NCBI GenBank assembly: GCA_030390025.1
Contig: CM059431.1
Location: 134,976,001-135,040,000, forward strand
DNA: 64,000 bases
Direction of reading: 5' to 3'
DNA from: Squalus acanthias
Taxonomy: Eukaryota
Within the stretch, counting starts at the first letter, position 1. The number at the start of each line of letters is the position of its first letter. A program made the translations under genes and the position numbers. The notes under the pieces are model-generated. The model did no database searches, had not been told where the DNA came from, and saw nothing but the letters and a program-made list of their open reading frames with translations. Of the stretch, positions 51,990 to 63,508 are shown piece after piece.

Positions 51990-54900
51990 TTATGGTTGAC
52001 AATACATTAACGGAAACGTGACATTAACATTAACTAAAACACCCAAGTGGTTACCCTTGTGAATGTACTTGTGTGTCATCTTTCTCTTCCGCGTGCCTCT
52101 CCGAGGTGCTACCCCTGTGGCTTCAGCAGAGTTAGAGGCAGCCTGCTCACTTCCCTGCTGCGACTGCTTAAACACACTTGGCGGACGTCCTCTGGGTTTT
52201 GGAGTCTGTGATGGCCCCGCCAAAGTCTTCTCCTCCTGGACTGTGCAGGCCATCACGATCCGAGGAGCCATCTGGGGCTCTGACTGAGGGGGTGACAATG
52301 TGTAAGCACTTTGAGAGGAGCCCACACTTTCATGTCCCTTCTCACTGTCATCCCTCTCATGAGCCACTTGCACTTCCCTGCTAGCAAGGAGCTGGAGAGC
52401 ACCTTGCTGCACATCAGTGGGGACATGAGGATCCACGTTTACGCTGACATCCCTGCTGGACAGGCGGTCTATGAGCCTCTGCCATCTATTCTCCATAGAG
52501 ACCATGTGCTCCTGTGAGTGGTGTATTAGCTGCTCCATGCAGGTGGCCATCCTTTCCATGGAAGAGCCAACAGTCGCCATTGCCTGCAACACGGTGGTGC
52601 TCATGTTGGAGATGGACTCTTCCATTCTCTGAACATTTGCAGACATCATGTTCGCAAAACCTGTCAAAACCTCCTCGACTTCTTGCTGCACCTCCAGGAT
52701 CGCCCTATTTCTGGATGGCCCCCGAGACTCAGCGTCTGCATGCAGCTGAGCAGAGCTGGGAGCATCCTGCACCCTCCGGCGAGGAGTCTCCACTGCTGTC
52801 CCTGTCTCCACCATCTGCTCTTGCTCACTTGTGACTTGTGACGGACCGAGTGACGACACTACTCTATCTCGCGTGGGACCCACCGAGGTGTGCTTCTCTG
52901 TGCTGGTGCTGGGTGCACTCATGCCTGGTGACGCTGCACCCTCAGCGGCTGAAGGCTCCTCTGAGGAGTCGTCTTCCTCTTCCTCCTGGACAGTGGGGGG
53001 GCTTTTGATGGACCTGTGGGGGAGAGTAAAGAGATGAATTAGATATGCCATGTGAAGAATGGGTGCACATACAATTATGCACATGATGACCATTCAGTGG
53101 CTGATGACATCAGTGCCCATATGAGTGACTGCTGTGTGCCATGTGCTGTATGATATGTAATTCTGTCACCAGGTTGCTGAGATGTCCCCCTCTCTCCGTC
53201 TCCCACCTCCAGCTGCTCAGCCACTCCCGATACTTCCAACACAGCCTCCTCTGCTGTTGTGAGGGTAGCAATTGATGGAGGCCCACCTCCCGTTCGCTCC
53301 CTCTCCCTCTTATTGTGGGCTCTCTTCTCCTGCAAGGAGGGAAAGAGAAGGTTGAGTGAGAGTAATGGAATGAGTGTAAGGAATGGATGGGTTACATCTT
53401 TAAAGGGAGACTATAATGGATTAGGGTGGCATTGCCAAGTGGCCTTTTTGCATGTTGTTAGTTGGTATGGACCTCAAAGGTTGTAATCTCTGGATTACTC
53501 CCGGTGCCACGTGCTAGTGAGTATAGGAATAGGAGGATAGAGCAGATGAATGCGTGGCTAAAGAGTTGGTGCAGGAGGGAGGGCTTTAGTTTCTTGGATC
53601 ACTGGGTCTGCTTCAGGGGAAGGTGGGACCTGTACAAGTCGGACGGGTTGCACCTGAACCGGAACGGGACCAACATCCTTGCGGGGAGGTTTGCTAGTAC
53701 TGTTGGGGGGGGTTTAAACTAACTTGGCAGGGGATGGGATACGGAGTGGAGCTATAGTAGGGGGTGATGCACAGCCAAATATAGAGGAAAAAACAAGTCA
53801 GCCTGGAAGGCAGAGCAAATATGTAACGGCAAAAAGGAGTATGGCAAGGCTGGATGGCATTTATTTTAATGCAAGGAGTCTTGCGAGTAAGGCAGATGAA
53901 TTGAAGGTGTTGATGAACACATGGGAGTATGATATTGTTGCTATCACAGAGACATGGTTGAGGGAGGGGCAGGACTGGCAGCTCAATATTCCGGGGTATA
54001 GAATCTTCAGGCGAGACAGAGGGGGGTGTAAAAGAGAAGGGGGTGTCGCAATATTAATCAAGGAGTCAATTACTGCTGTAAGGAGGGATGATATCTAAGC
54101 AGGTTCCTCTAATGAGGCCATATGGGTAGAACTTAAAAACAAAAAGGGGGCAAGCACTTTGCTGGGAGTGTACTATAGGCCCCCAAACAGTCAGGGGGAG
54201 ATAGAGGAACAGATATGTAGACAAATCTCAGAGAAGTGTAGAAATAATAGGGTAATAATAGTAGGGGATTTCAAATTCCCCAATATTAACTGGGATAGTC
54301 AGAGTGTGAAAGGCTTGGAGGGTGCAGAATTCTTAAAGTGCATCCAGGAGAGCTTTTTGAGCCAGCATGTAGAAAGTCCTACAAGAGAGGGGGCGGTACT
54401 GGACCTAATTCTAGGGAATGTAGCCGGGCAAGTGGTAGAAGTGTTAGTAGGAGAACATTTTGGTGACAGTGACCATAATTCGGTGAGATTTAAGGTAGTC
54501 ATGGAAAAGGACAAAGATGGACCGGAGATAAAGGTTCTAAATTGGGGGAAGGCCGATTTTAATATAAGGCAGGATCTGGCCAAAGTGGACTTGGATCAAC
54601 TACTTGTAGGAAAATCCACATCAGAGCAGTGGGAGTCTTTCAGAAAGGAAATAGAGAGAGTACAACGGCAACATGTTCCCGTAAAGGTCAAGGGTGGGAC
54701 CAACAAGCCCAGGGAACCCTGGATGTCAAGGGATATACGAGAATGGATTAGGAAAAAAAGGGAGGCTTTTGGCAGATACAAAGGACGAAAAACAGTGGAA
54801 GCCCTAGAGGAGTATAGAAAGTGCAGGGGGTTACTTAAAAAAGAAATTATAGAGCGAAGAGGGGGCATGAAATAACACTGGCGGGCAAAATAAAGGAAAA

Positions 54901-56863
54901 TCCCAAGGTGTTTTATAAGTATATAAAGGGCAAGAGGATAACCAGGGAAAGAGTAGGGCCCATTAGGGACCAAAGTGACAATCTGTGTGTAGAGCCAGAA
55001 GATGTAGGTGGGGTTTTAAATGAATATTTTGCATCTATGTTCACTATGGAGAAGGACGATGTAGGCATAGAAATCAGGCAGGGGGATTGTGATATACTTG
55101 AACAAATTAATATTGAGAGGGAGGAGGTACTAACGGTTTTAGCAGGCTTAAAAGTGAATAAATCCCCAGGCCCAGACGAGATGTATCCCAGGCTGCTGTG
55201 TGAGGCAAGGGAGGAGATTGCAGGGGCTCTGACACAAATTTTCAGAACCTCTCTGGCCACAGGGGAGGTGCCAGAGGACTGGAGGACAGCTAACGTAGTA
55301 CCATTATACAAGAAGGATAGTAGGGATAAACCAGAGAATTACAGGCCAGTGAGCCTAACATCAGTGGTAGGGAAATTATTGGAAAAAATTCTGAGGGACA
55401 AAATTAGTCTCCACTTGGAGAGGCAAGGATTAATCAAGGATAGTCAGCATGGCTTTGTCAGGGGGAGATCATGTCTGACCAATTTGATTGAATTTTTCTA
55501 GGGGGTGACTAGGTGTGTGGATGAGGGTAGTGCAGTTGATGTGGTCTTAATGGACTTCAATAAGGCTTTTGACAAAGTTCCGCATGGGAGACTGGTCAAG
55601 AAGGTAAAAGCCCATGGGATCTAGGGCAACTTGGCACATTGGATCCAACATTGGCTTAGTGGCAGGAGGCAGAGTGTGATGGTCGAAGTTTGTTTTTGTG
55701 ACTGGAAGCCTGTGTCCAGTGGTGTACCGCAGGGATCGGTGCTGGGTCCTTTGCTGGTTGTAGTGTACATTAATGATTTAGATATGAATGTAGGAGGTAT
55801 GATCAGTAAGTTTGCAGATGACACGAAAATTGGTGGGGTGGTAAATAGCGAGGAGGGAAGCCTCAGGCTACAGGACGATATAGACGGGTTGGTCAGATGG
55901 GCAGAACAGTGGCAAATGGAATTTAACCCTGAAAAGTGTGAGGTGATGCATTTCGGGAGGACTAACAAGGCAAGGGAATACACAATGAATGGTAGGACCC
56001 TAGGAAGGACAGAGGATCAGAGGGACCTTGGCGTGCATATACATAGATCCCTGAAGGCAGCAGGACAGGTAGATAAGGTGGTTAAAAATGCATATGGGAT
56101 ACTTGCCTTCATTAGCCGAGGCATAGAATATAAGAGCAGGGAGGTTATGATGGAGCTGTACAAAACGCTAGTTAGGCCACAGCTGGAATACTGTGTGCAT
56201 TTCTGGTCGCCACACTATAGGAAGGATGTGATTGCATTGGAGAGGGTGCAGAGGAGATTCAACATTCAAGAAGCATTTAGATGAGCAGTTGAAACGCCAT
56301 AGCATACAAGGCTACGGACCAAGTGCTGGAAAATGGGATTAGAATAGACAGGGCTTGATGGCTGGCGCGGACACAATGGGCCGAAGGGCTTCTTTCTGTG
56401 CTGTATAACTCTATCTATGACTCTATGATTGCATTAGGATGAGGTGAGTGTGAGGGGTGGCTGGTAAGATAGGGATGTGATAATATAGATAGAGAGGGAT
56501 AGGTGGACGTGTATGATATGTTGGTGTGAGTAATGACGTGCATGAGTAGGGTTGGGAACGCGGAATAATGGGGATGTGATGAGAGGTGCAGCAGGATGAA
56601 GTTGAGTGTGGCTTTGTACTCACCTTTCCTGATCTAATGAGATCATTGAAACGTTTCCGGCACTGCACCCAGGTCCTCCTGAACACATCCCTGCTGTTCA
56701 CCTCCTCGGCAATTTGGAGCCAGACTCTTTTTGTCTCCTGGGGAGGTCTCTTCTGCCCATTTGAAGGGAAGAGGACCCCCCTGCGTGCTCTGACTCCCTC
56801 CACAAGCATATGGAGGGCGTCATCGGAGAACCTGGGTGCAGCCCTCTGCCTCTGTGCAGTCAT
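51990..56863 (-). pseudogene. Three-exon Myb/SANT partner gene of Harbinger G
   Basis: Exon 1 MTAQRQRAAPRFSDDAL...W...RTWVQCRKRFNDL with donor GTGAGT at ~56623. Exon 2 53329-53170 (EKRAHNKRERERTGGG). Exon 3 from 53013 has a long open frame. Confidence 0.88.
53470..56427 (+). mobile_element. CR1 (ORF1 C-terminus to tail) inserted in intron 1 of the G Myb/SANT gene
   Basis: Closely similar to 3137-5968, with ~308 bp deleted at 56260. TATG occurs at both junctions. Confidence 0.92.
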
Positions 56864-57154
56864 CTCTCCAACTGTTTGGAGCAATCAAAACCTCCAGTGT
56901 GCTGCCTGCACACTCCTCAATGAACCTTCAAATGCAATGTGACCATGGCTCCCTTAAATATCCCAGCTGAAAACGCATCATTGATGACATCATCAGACCT
57001 GCCGGATAACGCGCAGGGCGGGCTTAATAGGCCCCATTATCGCGAAGTCGATCTCAGCAGCGGGATGAAAGCAACAACGGGTCACAACCCGCCACGCCGA
57101 CTGCCCGCACCCGACCCGCCCAGCTACAGAAAATTCCAGCCTATATGTTTCACT

Positions 57155-59491
57155 TCAATCTTCTTTGCTGATGAGTGATTCAAGATCACTGTCCAATCTC
57201 GGCCAGTAAACAAAGCTTCTTGTAATTGATTTCATACTGATGATCCCTGGATGTTCAGTACGAAGTTCGGCCAGAATATCTCTCAAAGAAGTAGGCACCA
57301 CCACTCTGTTTCCCCACTTGATACAACCTTGCTCACAAGACAATTCAGTATGACAGTTATAGAATAGTTTCAATTCTGTGTCCATACACTGATCAGTCCA
57401 TCCATTCAAGGTGTTTTCATACACTCTCTTCAGTCCTTTTGAGTCTCATCTGCAATCTCAGTTGCATTCACGGGAAAGTCTTTGTCAACTGCAGCTAGCG
57501 TGAAAATCTCACCTTCATTCCAACACACAAGTCCTCGTGTGGCAACCTGGACAAGGTATCTGCGATTGCGTTTTGCTTTGAAGTGCGATATTCAATCGTG
57601 TAGTCATATTGTGACAACAGCACTGCCCAATGTTACATTCTTGATGCGGCCATTGCAGGGATGGCAGATTTGGGCCCCAATTTGGTAGGAGTGGTTTGTG
57701 ATCGGCTATCAGGGTAAACTTTCTTCCGATCAGGAACTGTTGGAATTTTTTGATTCCAAACACTATGGCGAGTGCTTCCTTTTCAATTTGCACGTAGTTT
57801 CTTTCATTCTTTGTGAGGGTTCGCGATGCAAAGGCGATTGGTTTCTCTTGGCTGCCATCCATTATGACAGCTCCCACACCATAGCTGGAAGCATCACATG
57901 CAAACTTAAGCTCATGCTCTGTGTCGTAGTGCACAAGTAGGGCATCACTAGAGAGACTTCTCTTACAAGCGTCATAAGCTTCCTGTTGAACTTCGTCCAC
58001 TTCTACTGGACATCCTTCTTGAGGAGCTCGTGCAATGGAGCTAACATGGTCGCTAACTCAGATAATAAAAATGCGTAGTACTGGACCATTCCAAGGAAAG
58101 ATCTTAACTCAGACATGTTCAGTGGCTTTGGAGCATTGATGACAGCATCAACCCTTTCCTTCACTGGTTGCAAGCCATTTGCATCAACTTTCAGACCAAA
58201 GTACACAACCTCAGGCTGCACAAAAGCACATTTGCTCCTTTTCAATTTGACATTGTGGGCATTCAACCTTTGAAGCACTATATCTAACAATTCTAGATTT
58301 TCTTCCACTCTGCTTGTTGCGATCAGCATATCGTCTTCATTGCATAAGCAATTTGGAAAATCTTATCCATCATAGCCTGGAAGATTTTGGGGGAGGACTT
58401 TACACCATACGGCAGCTTGGTGTATGAGTACAGTCCCTTGTGTGTGTTGATGGTGAGATGCTGTTGACTCTCTGTCAACATTCATAGAAGCATAGAAGAT
58501 AGGAGCAGGAGTAGGCCATTCGGCCCCTCGAGCCTGCTCCGCCATTTAATGAGATCATGGCTGATCATCCAAATTCAGTACCCTGTCCCTGCTTTCTCCC
58601 CATATCCCTTGATCCCTTTAGCCTTAAGAAATATATATAACTCCTTCTTGAATATATTTAATGAATCGGCCTCAACTGCCTTCTGTGGTAGAGAATTCCA
58701 CAGGTTCACCACTCACCATTCAGCTGAGCGTAAGCATGCGACAGGTCAAGCTTGGAGAAAACCTTTGACCCAGAGAGTGCTGCATACAAATCTTGCAATG
58801 TAGGTAACGGGTTCTGCTCATCGTCAACTGCTTGGTTGATATTAACTTTGTAGTCACCACACAAGCGTGCAGTTTTGTCTGCTTTGGGCACTACCACAAT
58901 CGGGGTAGCCCATTCACTTTTGTCAGCTTTTACTAGCAGTCCATTCTCTCTCAACTTCGCTAGCTCTTCCTGCACCTGACTTTTCAACGCATAGGGGACC
59001 AGCTTTGCCTTACAATAGAGAGGCTTTGTGTTAGACTTGATGTGGATATGAGCATCATACCCAGTGATGCCCTCATAACTGTCTGTGAACATGCTTTCAT
59101 ACTTGTTCAGCATTGTGTCAAGTCGCTTCCTTGAAGCATCTACACTGAAGACATTTTTCCAGTCTAGTTTTAACTTTCTCAACCAGTCTTTGCCCATGAG
59201 AGTTGACCTGTTGTTGTAGCTCGCTACAATAATAGGCAGCTTTACTGACTGGCCATTGTGTTGAACTGTACATTCCATTTGTCCACATGTCTCTAGGATT
59301 TCTCCAGAGTAGGTTTTTAACTCTACGGTACTCTTTGTAAATGGTACTTGATTAAACTTACTCTCATATGTGTCCTCACTCATGATAGAGCAGTCCGCCG
59401 CCATACGGAAGTCTTTCTCATGACTATTAGCATTGCCGCTAATGGCATAGATACTGTAGATGCCTAGTTCTTCAACATCAGGTGTATTCAC
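57155..59491 (-). pseudogene. Gypsy pol remnant (protease, RT, RNase H, integrase N-terminus)
   Basis: SEWATPIVVVPK, RLCGDYK, KLDLSHAY, LRSFLG, ACDASSYGVGA, IAFASRTL, EKEALA, ADHKPL and HPGI motifs. The integrase core is missing. Confidence 0.9.
58485..58716 (-). mobile_element. Short CR1 3'-end insertion in the Gypsy RT
   Basis: Matches the reverse complement of ~9980-10210. CATTCA is duplicated at 58479-58484 and 58717-58722. Confidence 0.9.
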
Positions 59492-59765
59492 TTCAATATT
59501 GTGAACTCTTCCCTTTTGTTGTCACTGCTTTGCATTGCCACTAGAATGGTTCTTACTTTCTGCTTTAGATCTAGCTCTGCAAGCTGTTGAAATATGGCCT
59601 TGCTTCTGTCAGTGAAAATACTTCACATTTCTGTATTTGCAGGACTGTGGTAAGTGATTTCCATTGCTTTTGACTTGATCTCACAGCTTTAGGTTTGGCA
59701 GTGGCTTTGTGACTGTAGACCTCAGCTGCACTAGTCACTTGAGTTGGACGGAGCTCCCTAGCATT

Positions 59766-62518
59766 ACATAGATTACATAGATTACAAAGAAGATAGGAGC
59801 AGGAGTAGGCCATCCGGCCCTTCGAGCCTGCTCCGCCATTTAATGAGATCATGGCTGATCCTCCAATTCAGTATCCCGTCCCCGCCTTCTCTCCGTAACC
59901 CTTAACCCCTTTTGCCTGTAGAAATATATCTAATTCCCTCTTAAATATATTTAATGAGCTGGCGTACACTGCCCTCTGTGGCAATGAGTTCCACAGGTTC
60001 ACCACCCTCTGAGTGAAGAAATTCCCCCTCATTTCTGTCCTAAATGGTTTAGCCCTTATCCTTAAATTATGTCCTCTAGTTCTGTTCTCACCCGCCAAGG
60101 GAAACATTCCTTCTGCATCTAGTCTGTCTAGACCTGTCAGAATTTTATACACTTCTATGAGGTCCCCTCTCAATCTTCTAAACTCCAGTGTGTACATCCC
60201 TAAACTACATAGTCTCTCCTCATAGGTCAATCCCGCCATTCCTGGTATCAGCCTGGTGAATCGCCGCTGCACCCCCTCCATGGCAAGAACATCTTTCCTC
60301 AGATGAGGCGACCAAAACTGTACACAGTACTCGAGGTGTGGTCTCACCAGTGCCCTGTACAGCTGCAGCAAGGTATCCCTGTTCCTGTATTCCAACCCTT
60401 TTGCTATGAAGGCCAGCATACCGTTTGCCTTCTTGACCGCCTGTTGCACCTGCATGCTCGCCTTCAGTGACTGGTGTACAAGAACACCCAGGTCTCTCTG
60501 TACTTCCCCCTCTCCCAATTTATTGCCATTTAAATAATAATTTGCCCCCCCGTTCCTGCACCCAAGGTGGATAACTTCACACTTGTCCACATTATAGTGC
60601 ATCTGCCATTTATCCGCCCAATCACCCAGTCTGTCCAAATCGCTCTGGAGCTTCCTGGTCTCCTCCTCTGAGCCCACCCTCCCTCCTAGTTTAGTGTCGT
60701 CTGCAAATTTGGAAATGCTGCATCCGACTCCCTGATCCAGGTCATTAATGTAAATTGTGAACAGCTGGGGACCCAGGACAGATCCCTGTGGTACCCCACT
60801 TGTTACTGCCTGCCATTCAGAAAATGAGCCGTTTATTCCAACTCTCTGTTTTCTATCTGACAGCCAGTTCTCTATCCACGTCAATACTTTCCCCTTTATC
60901 CCATGAGCTTCAATTTTCCATGCTAATCTTTTATGTGGGACCTTATCGAAGGCCTTTTGGAAGTCCAGGTACACCACATCTACTGGCTCTCCCCCATCTA
61001 TTTTACCAGTTACTCCCTCAAAAAATTCCAATAGATTAGTCAAGCACGATTTACCCTTTGTAAATCCATGTTGACTCTGTCCTATCCTGTCCCCATTTGC
61101 TAAGTGCTCCGCTATTTCATCCTTAATGATGGACTCCAGCATTTTGCCCACAACTGATGTAAGGCTTACAGGTCCGTAATTACCTGCTTTTTCCCTACCC
61201 CCCTTTTTGAATAGTGGGGTAACGTTAGCTACCCTCCAATCCATGGGCACTGTTCCCGAGTCTAATGAATTCTGAAAAATCATACTTAGTGCATCCGCTA
61301 TCTCTAGGGCCACCTCCTTCAGTACCCTAGGATGCATGTTATCAGGCCCTGGGGATTTGTCCACCTTCAATCCCTTTAGCTTCCTTAACACCATATCCTT
61401 AGAGATATTGATTTGCGTCAGTTCCTCCTTTGCCAATGTCCCTATTTTTCCCGATATCCCAGGGAGGTTTTTTGTGTCTTCCTTCGTAAAGACTGACCCA
61501 AAGTATGCATTTAGTTGGTCTGCCATTTCCTTATTTCCCGTTATATATTCCCCCGTATCTGACTGCAATGGACCAACTTTGGTTTTCACCAGTCTTTTCC
61601 TCTTGATATACTTATAAAAGCTTTTGGAGTTAGTTTTTATATTTTCCGCCAGCTTGCTTTCGTAAGCTATTTTGCCCCTCTTGATTAAGCCCTTTGTCCT
61701 CCTTTGCTCTATCTTAAACTGTTCCCAATCTTCCGCTCTGGCGCTTTTTTTGGCTATTTTATACGCCCTATCTTTGGATTTTATGCTGTCTCTAATTTCC
61801 CCTGTTATCCACGGTTGAGTCACCTTTTTAGATTTCCTTTTATGCCAGATTGGTATAAACAATTTTTGCAATTTTGTCATTCTATCTTTAAATGCTTGCC
61901 ATTGTTTATCTACCTCCAGTCCTCCCAGGAACGTTGTCCAATCAGACCTACTCAGTTCCTGTCTAATGGCATCATAATTCCCCTTGTTTAAATTCAGGAC
62001 CTTAGTCTCTGAGTCAATTTCTTCGCTCTCCATTTCGAGTGAGAAATCGATCATGTTATGATCGCTCTGACCCAAGGGTCCCCGTACAACAAGATTACTA
62101 ATTAGTCCCTTCTCATTGCACAGTACCCAGTCCAATATAGCCTGTTCCCGAGTTGGTTCCTCGACATATTGATCCAGATAACCATCCCTTAAACACTCGA
62201 GGAATTCCTCCTCCTCATTATTTTTACTGATTAGGCTAGTCCAATCTATATGTAAGTTAAAGTCACCTATGATGACAGCTGTGCTCTTATTGCACGCTTC
62301 TCTAATTTCCCTCGTGATGCCCTCCCCAACCTCTATTTTACTATTTGGAGGCCTATATACCACTCCTATTAATGTTTTTCGCCCCTCGCTATTTCTTAGC
62401 TCCACCCATATAGATTCTGTATTAACTGAGTTAATATCCTTCCTTTCAATTGCATTTATCCCCTCTTTTACCAGCAATGCTACCCCTCCTCCCTTTCTTT
62501 TTTGTCGATCCTTCCTAA
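59766..62518 (-). mobile_element. Young 5'-truncated CR1 inserted in the Gypsy gag
   Basis: gag reads MASKN|ARELR across it, with ATT at both junctions. Minus-strand tail is (TGTAATCTA)n. Confidence 0.93.
59868..62477 (-). CDS. CR1 ORF2 (partial APE endonuclease + complete RT), uninterrupted 869 codons, N-terminus missing
   Basis: [36 protein letters not shown] and FADD motifs, with no stop or frameshift. Confidence 0.9.
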   Translation of the reverse strand: MLVKEGINAIERKDINSVNTESIWVELRNSEGRKTLIGVVYRPPNSKIEVGEGITREIREACNKSTAVIIGDFNLHIDWTSLISKNNEEEEFLECLRDGYLDQYVEEPTREQAILDWVLCNEKGLISNLVVRGPLGQSDHNMIDFSLEMESEEIDSETKVLNLNKGNYDAIRQELSRSDWTTFLGGLEVDKQWQAFKDRMTKLQKLFIPIWHKRKSKKVTQPWITGEIRDSIKSKDRAYKIAKKSARAEDWEQFKIEQRRTKGLIKRGKIAYESKLAENIKTNSKSFYKYIKRKRLVKTKVGPLQSDTGEYITGNKEMADQLNAYFGSVFTKEDTKNLPGISGKIGTLAKEELTQINISKDMVLRKLKGLKVDKSPGPDNMHPRVLKEVALEIADALSMIFQNSLDSGTVPMDWRVANVTPLFKKGGREKAGNYGPVSLTSVVGKMLESIIKDEIAEHLANGDRIGQSQHGFTKGKSCLTNLLEFFEGVTGKIDGGEPVDVVYLDFQKAFDKVPHKRLAWKIEAHGIKGKVLTWIENWLSDRKQRVGINGSFSEWQAVTSGVPQGSVLGPQLFTIYINDLDQGVGCSISKFADDTKLGGRVGSEEETRKLQSDLDRLGDWADKWQMHYNVDKCEVIHLGCRNGGANYYLNGNKLGEGEVQRDLGVLVHQSLKASMQVQQAVKKANGMLAFIAKGLEYRNRDTLLQLYRALVRPHLEYCVQFWSPHLRKDVLAMEGVQRRFTRLIPGMAGLTYEERLCSLGMYTLEFRRLRGDLIEVYKILTGLDRLDAEGMFPLAGENRTRGHNLRIRAKPFRTEMRGNFFTQRVVNLWNSLPQRAVYASSLNIFKRELDIFLQAKGVKGYGEKAGTGY

Positions 62519-63010
62519 ATTCTTAGACGCCATCTCCATAGATAGGGCAATTTTGCATGCTGTGTCAAATGTTAGGTTCGGAGTGTTCAGTAATTTGGAC
62601 TGTGTGCGCTCATCCACCAGTCCACACACAAACTTATCTCACAACACACGATCCAAAAATGTGCCGAAGTTACAATGCAAAGACAGGTTCTTAAGAGCTA
62701 CAATGGACTCACTGATGGTTTCACTTTGTTTTTGGTTTCTGGTACCAAACTTATAGCTCTCTGCTATTTCTAACGGCTTTGGGTCGAAATGGTCCTCGAG
62801 TTTCTCGACAATGTCTTCAAATGACATATCCTTCGCTTTCGCTGGCGCGAGTAGGTTTGTCAACGTTCCACAGACATCTGGCCCGATCTCTGTTAGAAAA
62901 ATTGCTTTCTTCCGTTCACGAATTACTTTATTTTGAGCTTGAACATTCTCATCTGCACCTTCTGTCTCAATAACGTTATTGGCCCTAAAAAAACATCTCT
63001 ATCTGCTCAA
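62519..63010 (-). pseudogene. Gypsy gag N-terminal remnant
   Basis: NLLAPAK...LEDHFDPKPLEIAESYKFGTRNQ...CNFGTFLD. Confidence 0.82.
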
Positions 63011-63336
63011 TGTAAGAACTGAATGGTTCGTGAGCTCAGTCATAAATGCCAAGGCTTCTGATGAATCCCATAGGCATGGCCATGATTGTCCCGATCCTGT
63101 CGAACAGTGAGTCAGCACCCTACCTGCGTACCTTTGCGAATCAATGCCACTGTTGCTGTGTATACATACACATGAAAGCGAAGCAGACAATTCTGCATTA
63201 GCATTAACGGTAAAACATCGCAAAAACTCAGTTTAGGTGTCACAAATTCACCTTAAACTTGTCCACTCGAAGGTTGACACTGTGTCCTTCGATGATCCCT
63301 AAAAATGGCTTTGGGATTCCATCCTCCTCCCCAAAA

Positions 63337-63458
63337 TGTAATATATGTGGGTAGAACAAATGAAGGACAGAGACACGATGAGTTGCTAGTCCATGTACTT
63401 GCATTAGGCCAGAGTGAACTGAGCATGCTCTTACCAAACCATGTGACAATACATTTCA
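63337..63458 (-). repeat. 5' LTR (122 bp) followed by a PBS-like sequence
   Basis: Direct repeat of 48190-48314. Minus-strand TGGGGAGGAGGAT at 63333-63321 is adjacent. Confidence 0.9.
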
Positions 63459-63508
63459 ACTGTAGATTCACTTTTCCTGATTTGAGTTGAATCTAATTAC
63501 AAACTTAC

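Larger units (their letters stand above)
48586..57141. mobile_element. Full-length PIF/Harbinger transposon G (~4.2 kb without nested inserts)
   Basis: TIR GGCCGGAATATTCTG / CAGAAAATTCCAGCC (13/15). TSD TAT at 48583-48585 and 57142-57144. Carries a transposase and a convergent Myb/SANT gene. Confidence 0.9.
48190..63458 (-). mobile_element. Ty3/Gypsy LTR retrotransposon with short LTRs; decayed and multiply interrupted
   Basis: Paired LTRs and TSD ACTGT (48185-48189 / 63459-63463). gag, protease, RT, RNase H and integrase-N remnants lie in Gypsy order on the minus strand. Confidence 0.93.
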
